The notes under the pieces are model-generated. The model worked only from the letters and a program-made list of their open reading frames with translations, was not told the origin of the DNA and searched no databases. From the human T2T-CHM13v2.0 reference genome, Homo sapiens: 64,000 nucleotides of DNA. Shown here piece by piece: positions 28,307-41,859 of this stretch. The translations under genes were made by a program, and so were the position numbers. Location: the NCBI RefSeq assembly GCF_009914755.1, contig NC_060932.1. One strand, 5' to 3'. The stretch's first letter is position 1, and every line of letters starts with the position of its first letter.

Positions 28307-28868
28307 AAAAGGCTCTGATTCCCCCATAAGCAGTAAGTTTTCATAGTGACATATTAAGGAGATATAGTTATTTCTGGAAATTGAAGATTTATTTTGCCAA
28401 AGGACACATACTGGTTTTGATGTGACTCTTTCTAGGTCCCAAGTTTTAAAGATATAGAAGGTAATGCACTATCATACTCCCAATTAGAATAATAAAATGC
28501 TGGTTTTATTTAAGAAAATACTTAAGAGTGGGCAGTGCTAGTCCTCACACACAAACCCATAACTAAATTTGCAATATAGAATGTTGCTGCTGATGGAAGA
28601 GATGGAAAAAGCATTTATCCTTGACCTCCTTGAGTGTTGGCTGCAAAGGTCTCACAGCTGCCCAATTCTCCAGAGAAATATTTTCTTTTTTTAAAAAAAG
28701 ATCATATAATGATTTTATTTTATTTTTTTAAATTTTACTGTAATTAATTTCTCTATTGATCAGGCAGTTGGCCATGCTTGCTTAGTATAGCTCCTCTCCT
28801 TGCCTTTACATTCTCTCCTCACTTAGTCCCTCCCTCCCACTCACTTATTACATGATATATACCTCCTC

Positions 28869-28975
28869 AGATGACCAGTCATCCTGATTTTTCTGGGATT
28901 TTCCCATTTTTGATTCTGAAAGTCTCACAACCTGAGAAAACCATCAGTCCTGGGAAAACTAAGATCACTGGTGTT
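28869..28975. mobile_element. MER94-like hAT MITE
   Basis: tgaccagtcatcctg...gaaagtc...cagtcctgggaaaact...ggt with terminal inverted character. Confidence 0.6.
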
Positions 28976-29369
28976 GCAACAATGCACCTCATCCTTGATG
29001 CTGGCTCAGCTTCTTGGAAAACTGAGAAAATGTATTTAGAAATGTACTGAGATAAATTTTTAGATGAAATGAAGATAATTATCTTAGATAATATAATGTC
29101 TTTGCTTTTCTTTTGTCACCACAATGCCTCTTCTAATTTAAAGCTGTACATTCTAAGACAATGCTGAAAAAAATGATAGTCCAGATAGATAGAGCATCAA
29201 TGCAATACTTCAAGCATGGTATTCTGATAAATGTGTAATAAGTCAATGGTTGGAGAAAAGTCAGATTCCAGAGAACTTAAGAGAGAGAGATTCAAATAGC
29301 ACATGACATCAATAAATCTGGAAGATATAATGCAATCTGTAAATATTTGTTGAATAAGCTATTTTAGTA

Positions 29370-29670
29370 AAAGATAAAATGTACAAAAATACAGTTAGAA
29401 GAAATAAGATCTAGTGTTCAGTAGCACAACAGGGTGACTACAGTTAAGAATAATTTATTGTGTATTTCAAAATAGCAAAAAAGAGTAGATCTGGAATGTT
29501 TCCAACACAAAGAAATGGTAAATGTTTGAGGTGATGGATATCCAAATTTCCCAGATTTGATCAGTACACATTGCAGACTTGTGTTGAAATATCACATGTA
29601 CCCTATGTATATGTACAGCTATTGTGTGTTCATAAAATTTGAAATGAAAAATAATTTTAAAAAGAAAAAT
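29370..29670 (+). mobile_element. L1MA 3' end
   Basis: gaaataagatctagtgttc...gtttgaggtgatggatatcc...atcacatgtaccc. Confidence 0.88.
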
Positions 29671-31600
29671 AGATAAGACTAAGAGAGTAAACACCAACAC
29701 AATCAAACTTAGTAGACGGTAGTATCATTAGTTATGGAAGGTCAAGTAGAAGGATCTGTATTAATTTATATGGCACAAAAATAGAAGAAAAGAGGAAGAG
29801 ACAGTGGAAAAATAGAGTTCAGATTCTTTTAGACCCTTTTGATCAAGTTTTAAAACAGTAAGCCCTAATTTATAAATAGCATCCTGAATTTTGCTTCAGG
29901 TCAGCAAATCTATCATAGTATTTAAATCTATTTTTTAGACCCAGCCTATTCTAAGCATGAATATGTAGAACTTATAAGTAAATGAATACTTAAATAAACA
30001 ATAAATTTATGCCAGTTTTTGAATTCTACCTCCATCGTATATAATTTCTCTGAAATTGTTTAAATTACTTGGTTAGGCTCAGCTTTGTCATCTATAAAGT
30101 GGGTAAAATAATATTGCACATGAGGTCATTGAAAAGAATAAACAACATCGCATGTAAAATTCCTGGCCAGTATGTATAGCATGAGATAAGTACTCTCAGA
30201 TAATATTTGTTGTTCATGCTAGAAAGTAGAAAAACCCTTCAAGATTTCTTAGTCAATTTATTTCCTGTTTCCTGGAATGTAGCTAAATCATAGTGGGAGG
30301 GTAAATTTTTTTCTATTGAAGGAATACCAAAAAGTAATATTGCGCAAGTATGTTGTTAGGCAAATGGTCTTTATTGTATCCCCAGATTACAACCTTCCTT
30401 ATTACCAAACAAAAACTGTTTCAATGAATACTCAATTAATCACAACTCAGTTTCTTAAAAATGTGAATTCTGACTTTTAGGGGCTTTCTGCATCTTAATC
30501 TTTTCCGTAGTATTATTTTACACACATATATGCCTCATTATTTCCAGTTTCCCTTGGAGGCTTCATCCCCAGGATAATGGTTATTTGTTCTCTTACTTCT
30601 CTTGTTCATCCCTCCTCCTTTAATAAGATTCTATGAACCACTGTAGTTGCAACTTATCACATTTCCTTTCACACAATCCTTGCCAATTTTCTCCAAAAGT
30701 GCTTTGCCATGGTATGTTCAGATGTCAGGCACTGCTGCATCTCAAAATATATAAAACATCCCGTGCATTATATCCTAGGTATTAGTAATTCCTGCTCAAT
30801 AATGTATTCTCATATATAAATAGAATTCCCAAGACTTAAATTAAACTCGGTCATTATTGGAGAAAGGTGACTTTATCAAGTGAATCTACTTCTTAAAACT
30901 ATTACTATTATTTGTAAATAATCTGTTTCTATTGCTGAAGATAACCTCATAGAACGTATGTGTTCTCAACCCTTCCCTACTAGATACCTCTTTTTGAAAG
31001 TGTATACTGTAATTCTGACTCTACTATTTAAAAATTAAATTAATACATAATATAGCTTGCCAAACACAAAATTTTAAAAACAATAATAATGTCCAGAGTA
31101 GTATAATGGAGTAAAATGGGACATGAGTTATAATTGTTATGTAAATTTTAATATATAAATACTCAGACATCACCACAATGGAAGACAAAATAAAGTGGCC
31201 ACATGTTTATGCATATCTGTGCTTTATAAGAAGTAATATTAGAAGACATTTTAGTAAAAACTTTGATATCAGAATAACTACTGGTATTTCACTAAGTTAG
31301 TAGTAATAGACCAGACTTTCTTGTTATATGAGAAGAGAAAAAGTATATATTATATAGTTTTAATTGAAGCAGAAACAAAATATTACAGCAAGTTAAGGAC
31401 TTCCAAAAACGAGGAACTAAAAAATATCACGTTGTCACAAATGGCCTTATTAATAGGACAGTGTCCACATAATTCTTTCTTTATGGTATAGCATGCAAGT
31501 GCTACAGAAAATAAATCTTCTATATTGAATTACCACCACCTGACAAGACATACATTCAGACTCTAAAACTTAAAAAAAATCCAAAAGGAAATATATTTTA

Positions 31601-32095
<495 letters not shown>

Positions 32096-32469
32096 TTATA
32101 TCCTTTATGTTTCTTATTTAATGGTTATTTCTTTAAATCTATTAAAATTGTGATTTATATACAAATGGGATTCAATGGATAACTATATGAATGACTAACA
32201 CAACATTCAAAAATCATGTTAAAATCGAGAAAATTTTTTATTGTGTGAGACCATTCCACTAATTCCAGAGGTGCTCATAGTATAATCGTAGCGACAAAAA
32301 TGCTCTTCCATATTTCAAAATGCTTTTCAAAGAGGATTAGTACCTCCCATAATGAAAACACAGCTCCAACGGGTCTTCAGCTCCCTCCTGAGGTTTATGA
32401 CAACATAACATGGAAATTTCTCTTAGAGGAATAGACAATGTGAAGAAATCTATTATAAAGAGGCAAGGA

Positions 32470-32825
32470 TACATGGTTTTCTTAATCAATACGAGTAAGG
32501 TTTAAACTCAAAACTTTTTCACTTACAAGCTCTGTGATATTGAAGTTGTTATCTTCACTGATACTCTGTTCTCATCTGACCAATCATCCTGGTTTTCCTG
32601 GGAGTTTCCTGGATTTCACCTTGAATATCCCATGTCACAGGAAACTCTTTACAGACAGGCAAAACAGGATGGACAGTTGGTTGCCTTAATTTAATCACTG
32701 GAAAAATAGAATATCCTCATAAGATTTTTATTAGATTAGGACATAAATGAGGAAGTATTGGAAGATGACTTAACAGAGTCTGGCACATACATAGTAAAGT
32801 TTCCTGAATTATAAAGGTTATTATT
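32470..32825 (+). mobile_element. MIR interrupted by a MER94-like MITE (about 32575-32688)
   Basis: MIR core ctctgtgatattg...ctctgttctcatctg, insert tgaccaatcatcctggtt...gacagttggttgcct, then cagagtctggcacat. Confidence 0.6.
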
Positions 32826-33226
32826 CTAAATAACCAATGTGATAAAATAATCTGGAAGGTGAATATATAGTTTAACTTTAAAGCTAAAAATCTCAATTTA
32901 CATTTTGCTGCATATTGAGTATCTTAACACCTAGCCTAACAATAAAATCAACAAAAAATAGTAAGTCACAATTCATGAGTATTCTTGTGCATAATAGGAA
33001 CTCTGTGAAGAGTTTGAATATTTTATTTTACATTTATAATTGTCCTTTTTCATATTAAAAACAGAGATATTAATTATTGTCAAAGGTCGCACAATAAGAA
33101 AATGGCAGAAGTAGAATACTAACCGTCAAATTGATCTGACTCTCAATTCTTTGCTTTTAAGCAGCGAGCTCATGGCCTGTTTTAAGTAAGAAAGCATTAC
33201 AGGCATTGAAACAAAGGTCATATTTC

Positions 33227-33260
33227 TTAGATTATGGTTAGGATTAGGGTTAGGGTTTAG
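33227..33260 (+). repeat. Short degenerate telomere-like (TTAGGG)n tract
   Basis: TTAGA TTATGG TTAGGA TTAGGG TTAGGG TTTAG. Confidence 0.65.
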
Positions 33261-33443
33261 CCAAACACTGAAATGTTCATCTTTCACAATCACATTCCAC
33301 CAAATTATATGTTTATATTACTTGTCGTATACGTTGTCTAGTGAGCTTGAGAGAGTAGAAAGCGATATTGGTACAGATCCATGACACAGAATATGAGAAG
33401 GCATAATTGTTCTCCAATAATATTACATATCCATTAAATATAT

Positions 33444-33888
33444 GTGTCTTAGTTTACATTGCACAAGCAGCAGAGAGTATGACAGTCAGTTGAATCTGTT
33501 TAATTTATTTATATTTAATTCCAGGCTACACCAACAGAGAAGAAAGTGAGACAGGAAAAACAAGTCAGCCAATAAATAATGCAGTATTAAAACCATTATC
33601 ATGGTGTGATTGGAGCCTTATCCTTCTGGGGAATTCAAGGAATTAGTGAAGAACATGTACCTTAGAGTTGTCCAGCCAAAAGGTGAGGGAGCTGGAGTAT
33701 TAATACACCAACTAACCTGTATTCATTAGCAAAAGGTAGCTCCAGGGGACCATTATTCTCCAGAGCAGAATACGTCCAGAGCAGGCTTCAGCCACCAGAG
33801 AGAGCCCTCAGACAGTTGAAAATAGGTCAGGATGCAGTAGAGGATACAACCCAAGGAGACATGGCCAGGCCACAACAGTGTCTGCTAC
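33444..33888 (-). mobile_element. MLT1-type MaLR solo LTR
   Basis: tgtcttagtt...gggagctggagtatt...cagtgtctgctaca. Confidence 0.65.
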
Positions 33889-35439
33889 ACCATGGTACTC
33901 TACTTATCTTTTCTTAATGCTACTTCTATTTGAACATATTTAATTCTATTATATTATCTAATTTGTCAGATATACTAAGCATTTTGATCTTTCATGCCCC
34001 TGCTGAAACTGTACTCTTTATTATTAAATTATTTTCTTCCTCTACTTGGAGAATGCATATTCTAAAAAGCTTGTCTTAAATATAACCGTTCCTATACCCC
34101 TTCCCAGTTCCTCTGAGAAATATTATTTACTTTCTTCCTTGCATTCTCTTAGTATATTATCCATAAGTGTTTCTATTTTAACAAATCATTAATAGCTTTT
34201 ATCTATGCTTCTAAAATCACCCAGAAGCTGCCTAGGAATTTTATGCTTTTAAGAGGTTTCAAAGTACTATTATTCCAGCTACCTACCATACTACCCAGTA
34301 CATATCATGTATTCAACAGAAGGTGTATTATAACATAACATAATCATCTTAAAACTTTCAAATCACAAATGTTGGCTAAGAATTTAAAACACTAATATAA
34401 CTTTCTGAATAAACAGTTAATATAATATTTCACTAATTTTTAAATATTTACATGAGATTAAGTGCAGGACAGCTTACCCTCATTCCTAATAGCATACAAA
34501 AAATCATGTAATATATCTAGAATTTAATTCTCAGGTTATGTTTATGTATATTTTTACCTTTGTGTATGTTGATTTGCAAATATTCCAATCTAGGCAGACA
34601 AGTTTTAGAAATTTCCTTTGAAATTATCCAGTGTAAATATTTTTCAAAGCCTGAGGGAAACCTAGGAAAATATGTTTAATACTCTGAGATTATTTTTCCA
34701 TAACTTTCAACAAATTTTGCACAGCACATCAAAATTGCATCATATAAGTGATTCTTATGCCAACTTAATTCATTAGTGATTTTCTTCAAATCTCAAGTGT
34801 TGATCAAAGATATTAACATTACTGTGATTCTCTGTCATTAACCAAATACTCTTCTGGAAAGAAATCACTAATTCAGAAACAAAGCTACTATTAACCTCTG
34901 TAAACATTTGACAAACTATATTTCAAATGGAAAATTCTCGATGTTTGAGAATTTATATTTAGATGTACAATTGTTAGGAGTAGGTTAATATTTATCTCCT
35001 AAGTATACTCATAAGAAATAGAACCTAAGATGAAGGAGGATGGGAGGTACCATATTTTGGTATAATATAATCATTTATACAAATGGGTTTTATTTAAAAT
35101 AAAGGATAGTACAAGTGAGACCTTAATTCATCACAACATTTTTATTTTACAAGTGTATGCCCCAAGAAGAGTAATCATTCTAGTAACCAAAGTCTAGAAT
35201 GAAATAAGTTTAAATCCTTTGTTCTCTTCATAGCATGTGTTTCATGAGACGGCAATAGACAATCTCCCTTTCTCCCTTTTCTCAAGTTCAAACAATTAAG
35301 AAATCAGACACAGATAATGACAAGTGGCAGTCAAAATATGGTACAATGGATTTAACCCACTGATCTAATGACCTATCCTTCTTCCACGGGGAAGTGATAA
35401 TGAGACAAGAAGTGTTACTAGCATCATTACTCTAGGGTA

Positions 35440-36390
35440 CTGGGTCTTAAACGTTTGGTCTCAGAACTCTTTTAGATGCTTAAAATTATCAGATACCTTA
35501 AAAAACTTTTATTTATGGATGAAATTCATTGACATTGTGCTGGAAATTTAAAGCTGAGAAATATTTAACATAGTTATTGATTAATTAATCTAAAATAATA
35601 AACATATAACATGTTAAAATAAAGAATATATTTTTATAAAAATGGCATTTTAAAAAATATAAGTGTTAGAAGTGTCATTGTTCTATATTTTCCCAAATCT
35701 CTATAATGCTTTGCTTAATAGAAGACAGCTAGATGCTCAAATCTGCTTCAGCACTCAATCTGTTACCCTACCACATGCCAGCTAGCCTCTTGAAATCGCT
35801 ACTGTATTTTTGTGAGAGAAAGGGAGTTTATTGCGGCACTATTCACAATAGCAAAGACTTGCAATCAACCCAAATGTCCATCAATGATACACTGGATTAA
35901 GAAAATGTGGCACATATACACCATGGAATACTATGCAGCCATAAAAAGGGATGAGTTCATGTCCTTTGTAGGGACATGGATGAAGCTGGAAACCATCATT
36001 CTGAGCAAACTATTGCAAGGACAGAACACCAAACACCGCATGTTCTCACTCATAGGTGGGAATTGAACAATGAAACACTTGGACACAGGGTGGGGAACAT
36101 CACACACCTGGACCTGTCGTGGGATGAGGAGAGGGGGGAGGGATAGCATTAGGAGATATACCTCATGTAAATGATGAGTTAATGGGTGCAGCACACCAAC
36201 ATGGCACACGTATACATATGTAACAAACCTGCACGTCGTGCACATGTACCCTAGAACTTAAAGTATAATTAAAAAAAAAAGAAAAAGTCAAATAACAACT
36301 TAATATTTCAAAAATAATTTTGACGTTATGGACCCTGTGAAAAGGGCTCCATATCTCCAGGGGTCTTTGAACTGAACTTTGAGAACGAAT
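35440..36390. mobile_element. hAT-Charlie-type DNA element (MER119-like) interrupted by an L1PA
   Basis: tttggtctcagaactc...ttaaaattat; ttaatagaagacagctagat...; tttgagaac end. Confidence 0.6.
35826..36281 (+). mobile_element. L1PA (about PA4-5) 3' end, 5'-truncated
   Basis: tttattgcggcactattcac...taccctagaacttaaagtataat plus poly(A); explains ORF 35812-36066 (ORF2p C-terminus ...HRMFSLIGGN). Confidence 0.96.
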
Positions 36391-37749
36391 ACATTAGTGG
36401 AAATCCCTCCACATAGAAACTGGAAAGCAGGGAAATGCAAACTTCTCTAAACACGTACAACAGTACTATGTCAAAAGCTTGAGTTCTGGACTAAAATTAA
36501 GGTCCATAATCTGTATAATTTTTGTGAAACCCATAAATTTTCTAAAGTTAAGCTTCCTCGGAACGATGATACCATGAATATATAAAATACTTATTTTAAA
36601 ATCCAAATGTTATCAAAACTCTTTATGAACTACATGTTTCCTATAAGCACATTTTTTATCACTCACATTTTCAACTGATCATGGAACTTGTAGTTTTATT
36701 GCAACAAATCTTTCATAGGTTTATTTTTGGAAACATATTTTCTACATCTGTGTCATGTAGTTACAAATTATTTCCACTCCTTTATATTATCCTTGATATT
36801 ATAGAAAAAGGCTATAATAAATAGGATACTAATTTAACAATAGAAAGTCTGCTTTCCTTTTCTTGAACTAAGTAAATATTTCTTTCCATGTTCATGTTTT
36901 ATTTTCAACAAATATGTATTAGCTAGATGATTATGTTAAAGAGCATCATTGATATTTGCTTTAAACTAAGGTTGTTAGCTAAAGTGTCTTTTTCGTTGAA
37001 AGCTGCAGAAATATTTTATTAGGAAAATTTCCCAGTAACTCTGTTTTGAAAGTCAAAGAAATGGAAGTAAGAGTGAATCAGTCATCTAATTCCTTTCTAT
37101 TTCACTAATCATGAGATAAATTTCTCCAAAATAGAATGACCTCCACCTCGAAATATTATCCAGAGATCAAACCACCTAGGGACTGAAATAAGCTGATGGA
37201 TTAATGATAACAATAGGCCAAAACTGACAACAATTTACGAAACTTTAGAAGCATTAAAAAAACAGAAACAAGGTTGTAAAGAATGAAATGTGAAGGGAAG
37301 AGCCATGGTAAAAAGTGCTGAATGTAAATTTCTGTGCCAAAACAACACGTCCATGTGATAAGCAGTTGAAGCGCTGCAGGTTTTCTCAAGGCTAAGGGAA
37401 ATTTGAATATATTCATAAGATAAGTGATGATAAATATTAAAGGAAAAAGGTACAGGAGTAATTAATGAGCACGTATTTTAAAGGATCAATAACACAGACA
37501 AAATGTAGTTCACACTGGAAAGGCATTATTCCACTATCCAATGGTGAAGGAAGGAAAGAAATAATTAATTCATTTATTTAATAAAAATTTATTTAGTGTC
37601 TGCCTATTGTCATAGTTCTGTCTACACTTTTGGAGGATAGCAGTGATCAAAACAAGCAAAACTCCTTGACCTTGAGACTTACATTTTAGTTGGCAAAAGC
37701 AGTTATTTAATCATTCAGAGTAATTTTTCAATCAACTACATGATTTTAA

Positions 37750-38223
<474 letters not shown>

Positions 38224-39676
38224 TTATAGACAATAATAAAGGGAATGGGAGTCCAATTTTAAGTAAATTAGTCAGGAAAGGCTTTACTGACAAATTTAAA
38301 CCAAGACCTGAATGAAGACAAAGGTTAGCTATGTAAACATCTGAGAGAAAAGAATTTCAGAAAGGGAAAGGGTTAGTACAAAGGCCCTAAGGTAGGATCA
38401 TAGCTAAGGTGTTAGAGTAAAAGCAGAGAGAGGTCCCAGAATGAGCAAGGAAGAGAGTAACAGAGCATGAGGGCAGGGTGGCTATGAGGGTTTAGTTCAT
38501 GGAGGGTACGGTTGGTTATTTTAAGATTTTTAGATTTTACCCTGAGTTAAATGGGCAGCTGATGGAAAGATTTGAATAGATTAGTTACATGAAAATGATT
38601 ATTTCATCTGCTGTGTTGAGAAGAGATTTTAAGAGAGCAAAGAAGGCGGGGAGACCAATTTGGAGTCTTACAATACTACTGGTGATAGAAGAGTGTGGTT
38701 TACATTCAGATGGTAGCAAGGGGAATGGTCCAAAGTGGTAAGATTCAGGATATATTTTCATTCTAAAGCTCACAGGATTGGCTGAACGTTTTGATGTGAG
38801 GTGTGAAAGAAGTAGAGGAATCAGGAATGGATCATGAGCCTGAGGAAACTTGTAAAGAGGAGGAAGAAAAAGATATAATGAGTTCAAGTGCAATGGACTT
38901 AGACTCAACAGTAAAATATCTTTGCAGTCATATTCCAAAATAGAAGGCATTAGGCAATTTCAAGACAGTAGAATGTTTTGAAACAGCTGCTTGAACTTGA
39001 TCAAGTGCAGAACGTGATATGGAAACAGAAAAATACTTCTTCACTACTTTCTGAACTCTCTCAACCTCCTTACTAACTTTAGAGAGCGTGAGGACTTGAT
39101 GAGGCCCCTGACTGAAACCTCAGAATTACTTCTTACACCACAATTCTGGGTTAACTGCATCCAATACATCTAATCCTTCAACAGCTCCTGCCATCCACTA
39201 CTTCATGAAACTCATACAAAGCACTTGTTTTTATTGACACACTTAAAAGTAAATCATTGAATTTCTGGCTTTGCCTACTGCCCCAAATCAGAAACCAGTT
39301 TCACATGGATATTATTAGTAGTATTATTATTTTAAAGATACCAATCCTTTTCCCGAACTTCTTTAAGAAGTCCAGGGAATAAAAATGTTTGAGAAAACAC
39401 ATTGGCTTGAACAAAATAATTAAAACAGCCAAAAATGTTTGCTCAAATAAATGTTTACTATTATCTGTGTGCTATTTAATAGGAACTCATGGTTTTACTG
39501 TATTATACAAAAGTTTAGCCTCCCAGAGTGTTAGATATGAGGAGCTACAGTCATTATGCATAAACTTTATCAGCAATTTTGCTGTAGTTACTACTATCTA
39601 TATAGCTAAGTCATCTTACTTCTATCATGAGATGCAAGTAAACCACAGTGTGCCCAATCATGTAAAAGGAACAAAG

Positions 39677-40185
39677 ATGTTCTGGAAATATCTATTAGGG
39701 CTATTTGGTCTATAGTACAGATTAAGTCTGATGTTTCTTTGTTGGTTTTCTGATTGGATGATATGTCCAATCCTGAAAGTGGGGTGTTGAAGTCTCCAGC
39801 TATTTTGCATTGGGGTCTATCTCTCTGTCTCCTGAGTTGTAATAATATTTGCTTTATATATCTGAGTGCTCTAGCATTGGGTGCATATATATTTACAATT
39901 TTTTTTTGCAAACATTTATTTTTTTCTTAAAGTATAATATATTTACAATTGTTATACCCTCTTGCTGAATTGACCCCTTTATCATTATATAATGACCTTG
40001 TTTGTCTCTTTTAATAGTTTTTGTCTAGATATCTATTTTTTTCTGATATGCGTAGCTACTCCTCCTTGTTTTTAATTCTGTTTGCATCCAATATATTTTT
40101 CCATCCCTTTATTTTCAGTCTATGTGTATTTTTATAACATCCTGATGGCTGCAGGATGTTATAACATGTGCAGGATACACATGTT
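39677..40185 (+). repeat. Templated insertion: 460-bp copy of 42114-42570 plus a patchwork junction
   Basis: 3 substitutions and one 3-bp indel versus the donor; junction built from the donor flank; ATGTT at both ends. Confidence 0.96.
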
Positions 40186-40940
40186 TTCTTTCTATTGTCT
40201 AATTCATAGGCTAGGGGGGAAAAGAATATTATATATTGTCACTGAAATTTAAAGTGAAGAGAGAAAGAAATGGGACCTACCAGTTTCTGTACTAAGTTCC
40301 AAGCCTATGAATCTCTTTTAATTATTGACCTCAGAAATAAAACAAACCTTCGAGAATATTTTTAGTCTTGTATCTTTTCATAGGTTAATCAGAAATTAAT
40401 ACCTGGATTTTATAAAATAATGAATTTGAATACAAAAGAATCTTTGAAGATAAGTATTTTTAATTATTTTGTGATCTATGTATCTAAAGGTCATTTAATC
40501 TCAAGTAAATTAAGCATTTATTATATGCCATTTACTATGTGAGGCACTTGGATAAATAGTGACTATGACAGGCGCAAGTTCTTCCTTGAGACAGTGTTAG
40601 AACTGGTAAGGGGAGCAATAAATTAGAACCATAACAAAGCATGTAACCATAGAATCTGGAAAATGCAGATAACATGAAAAATTCTGAAGTGGTCAAGGAG
40701 GGCTTACAAAGAAGAAACTGCTGAAACCTGAGGAATATTTAAGAATTACCAAGCTGAAGTTGTGAAACAAACAAAGCACAGTATGAGTTAGAGTCTAGAT
40801 AGGAGATTTGGCAAATCTAACAGGTTCTTTTGAATCTGAAATACATTCCACGTAAGTGCATTGTAAGAAAAACAGCTGGCAAAGATTAGGAAAGGCTGGC
40901 TAGGGAAATAGGCAGACTCTAGTTCATAAAGGCATTTTTA

Positions 40941-41374
40941 TTTATTTATTTATTTATTTATTTTTTATTATACTTTAAGTCCTAGGGTACAGGTGCACAA
41001 CGTGCAGGTTTGTTACATATGTATAAATGTGCCATGTTGGTGTGCTGCACCCACTAACTCGTCATTTACATGAGGTATATCTCCTAATGCTATCCCTCCC
41101 CCCTCCCCCCACCACGACAGGCCCTAGTGTGTGATGTTCCCCACCCTGTGTCCAAGTGTTCTCATTGTTCAGTTCCCACCTATGAGTGAGAACATGCGGT
41201 GTTTGGTTTTCTGTCCTTGGGATAGTTTGCTCAGAATGATGGTTTCCAGCTTCATCCATGTCCCTACAAAGGACATGAACTCATCCTTTTTATGGCTGCA
41301 TAGTATTCCATGATGTATATGTGCCAACCTAAATGTCCATCAATGATAAACTGGATTAAGAAAATGTGGCACAT
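40941..41374 (-). mobile_element. Twin-primed L1PA 3' end with about 48-bp inversion
   Basis: Antisense L1PA 3' end 40941-41326, sense piece 41327-41374; 15-bp TSD ataaaggcattttta at 40926-40940 and 41375-41389. Confidence 0.95.
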
Positions 41375-41859
41375 ATAAAGGCATTTTTAACCTAAACTAG
41401 AGAGTCTGGACTCTTACAGAGGCAAAGTAAAACCATTTAAAATTTTTAACAAGATTAATTGCATTTTCACTTTAAAAAGGTTTTACTCTTATTTGTTAGT
41501 TTGACTTTAAGTTGTGAGCTCATTAATACATAATGTGGACTGTGCATGTTTTGGCTTCTTTTTTATTTTTAGGACCTTATCTTGCCTTCATATTGCTTTT
41601 AATAAACCAGTACAGATACAACTCAATCTTATTTGTTCTCTTTCCCAACACATTCCTAGGCCTTTCCCTCTCTCCAGAGGAAATAGTTTTATTGATGCAC
41701 ATACATGTTTATAAATTTGTTTATATGTAAGTTCCACTAATAATACTTAGCATTACTTTGTAGTTGTAAAATCTTCAGAAAAATGCTATCATCCTCTGGT
41801 CATATTCTGAAATCACCTTGTTTCAGTTTTTTTTTTTTTTCTTTCACTAAACTTTTTAA

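Noticed and set aside
35812-36066. ORF resembling the L1 ORF2p C-terminus (also 44792-45052, and endonuclease-like 39606-39911 and 42067-42345)
   Set aside because: Fragments of truncated, dead L1 copies with no intact ORF2.
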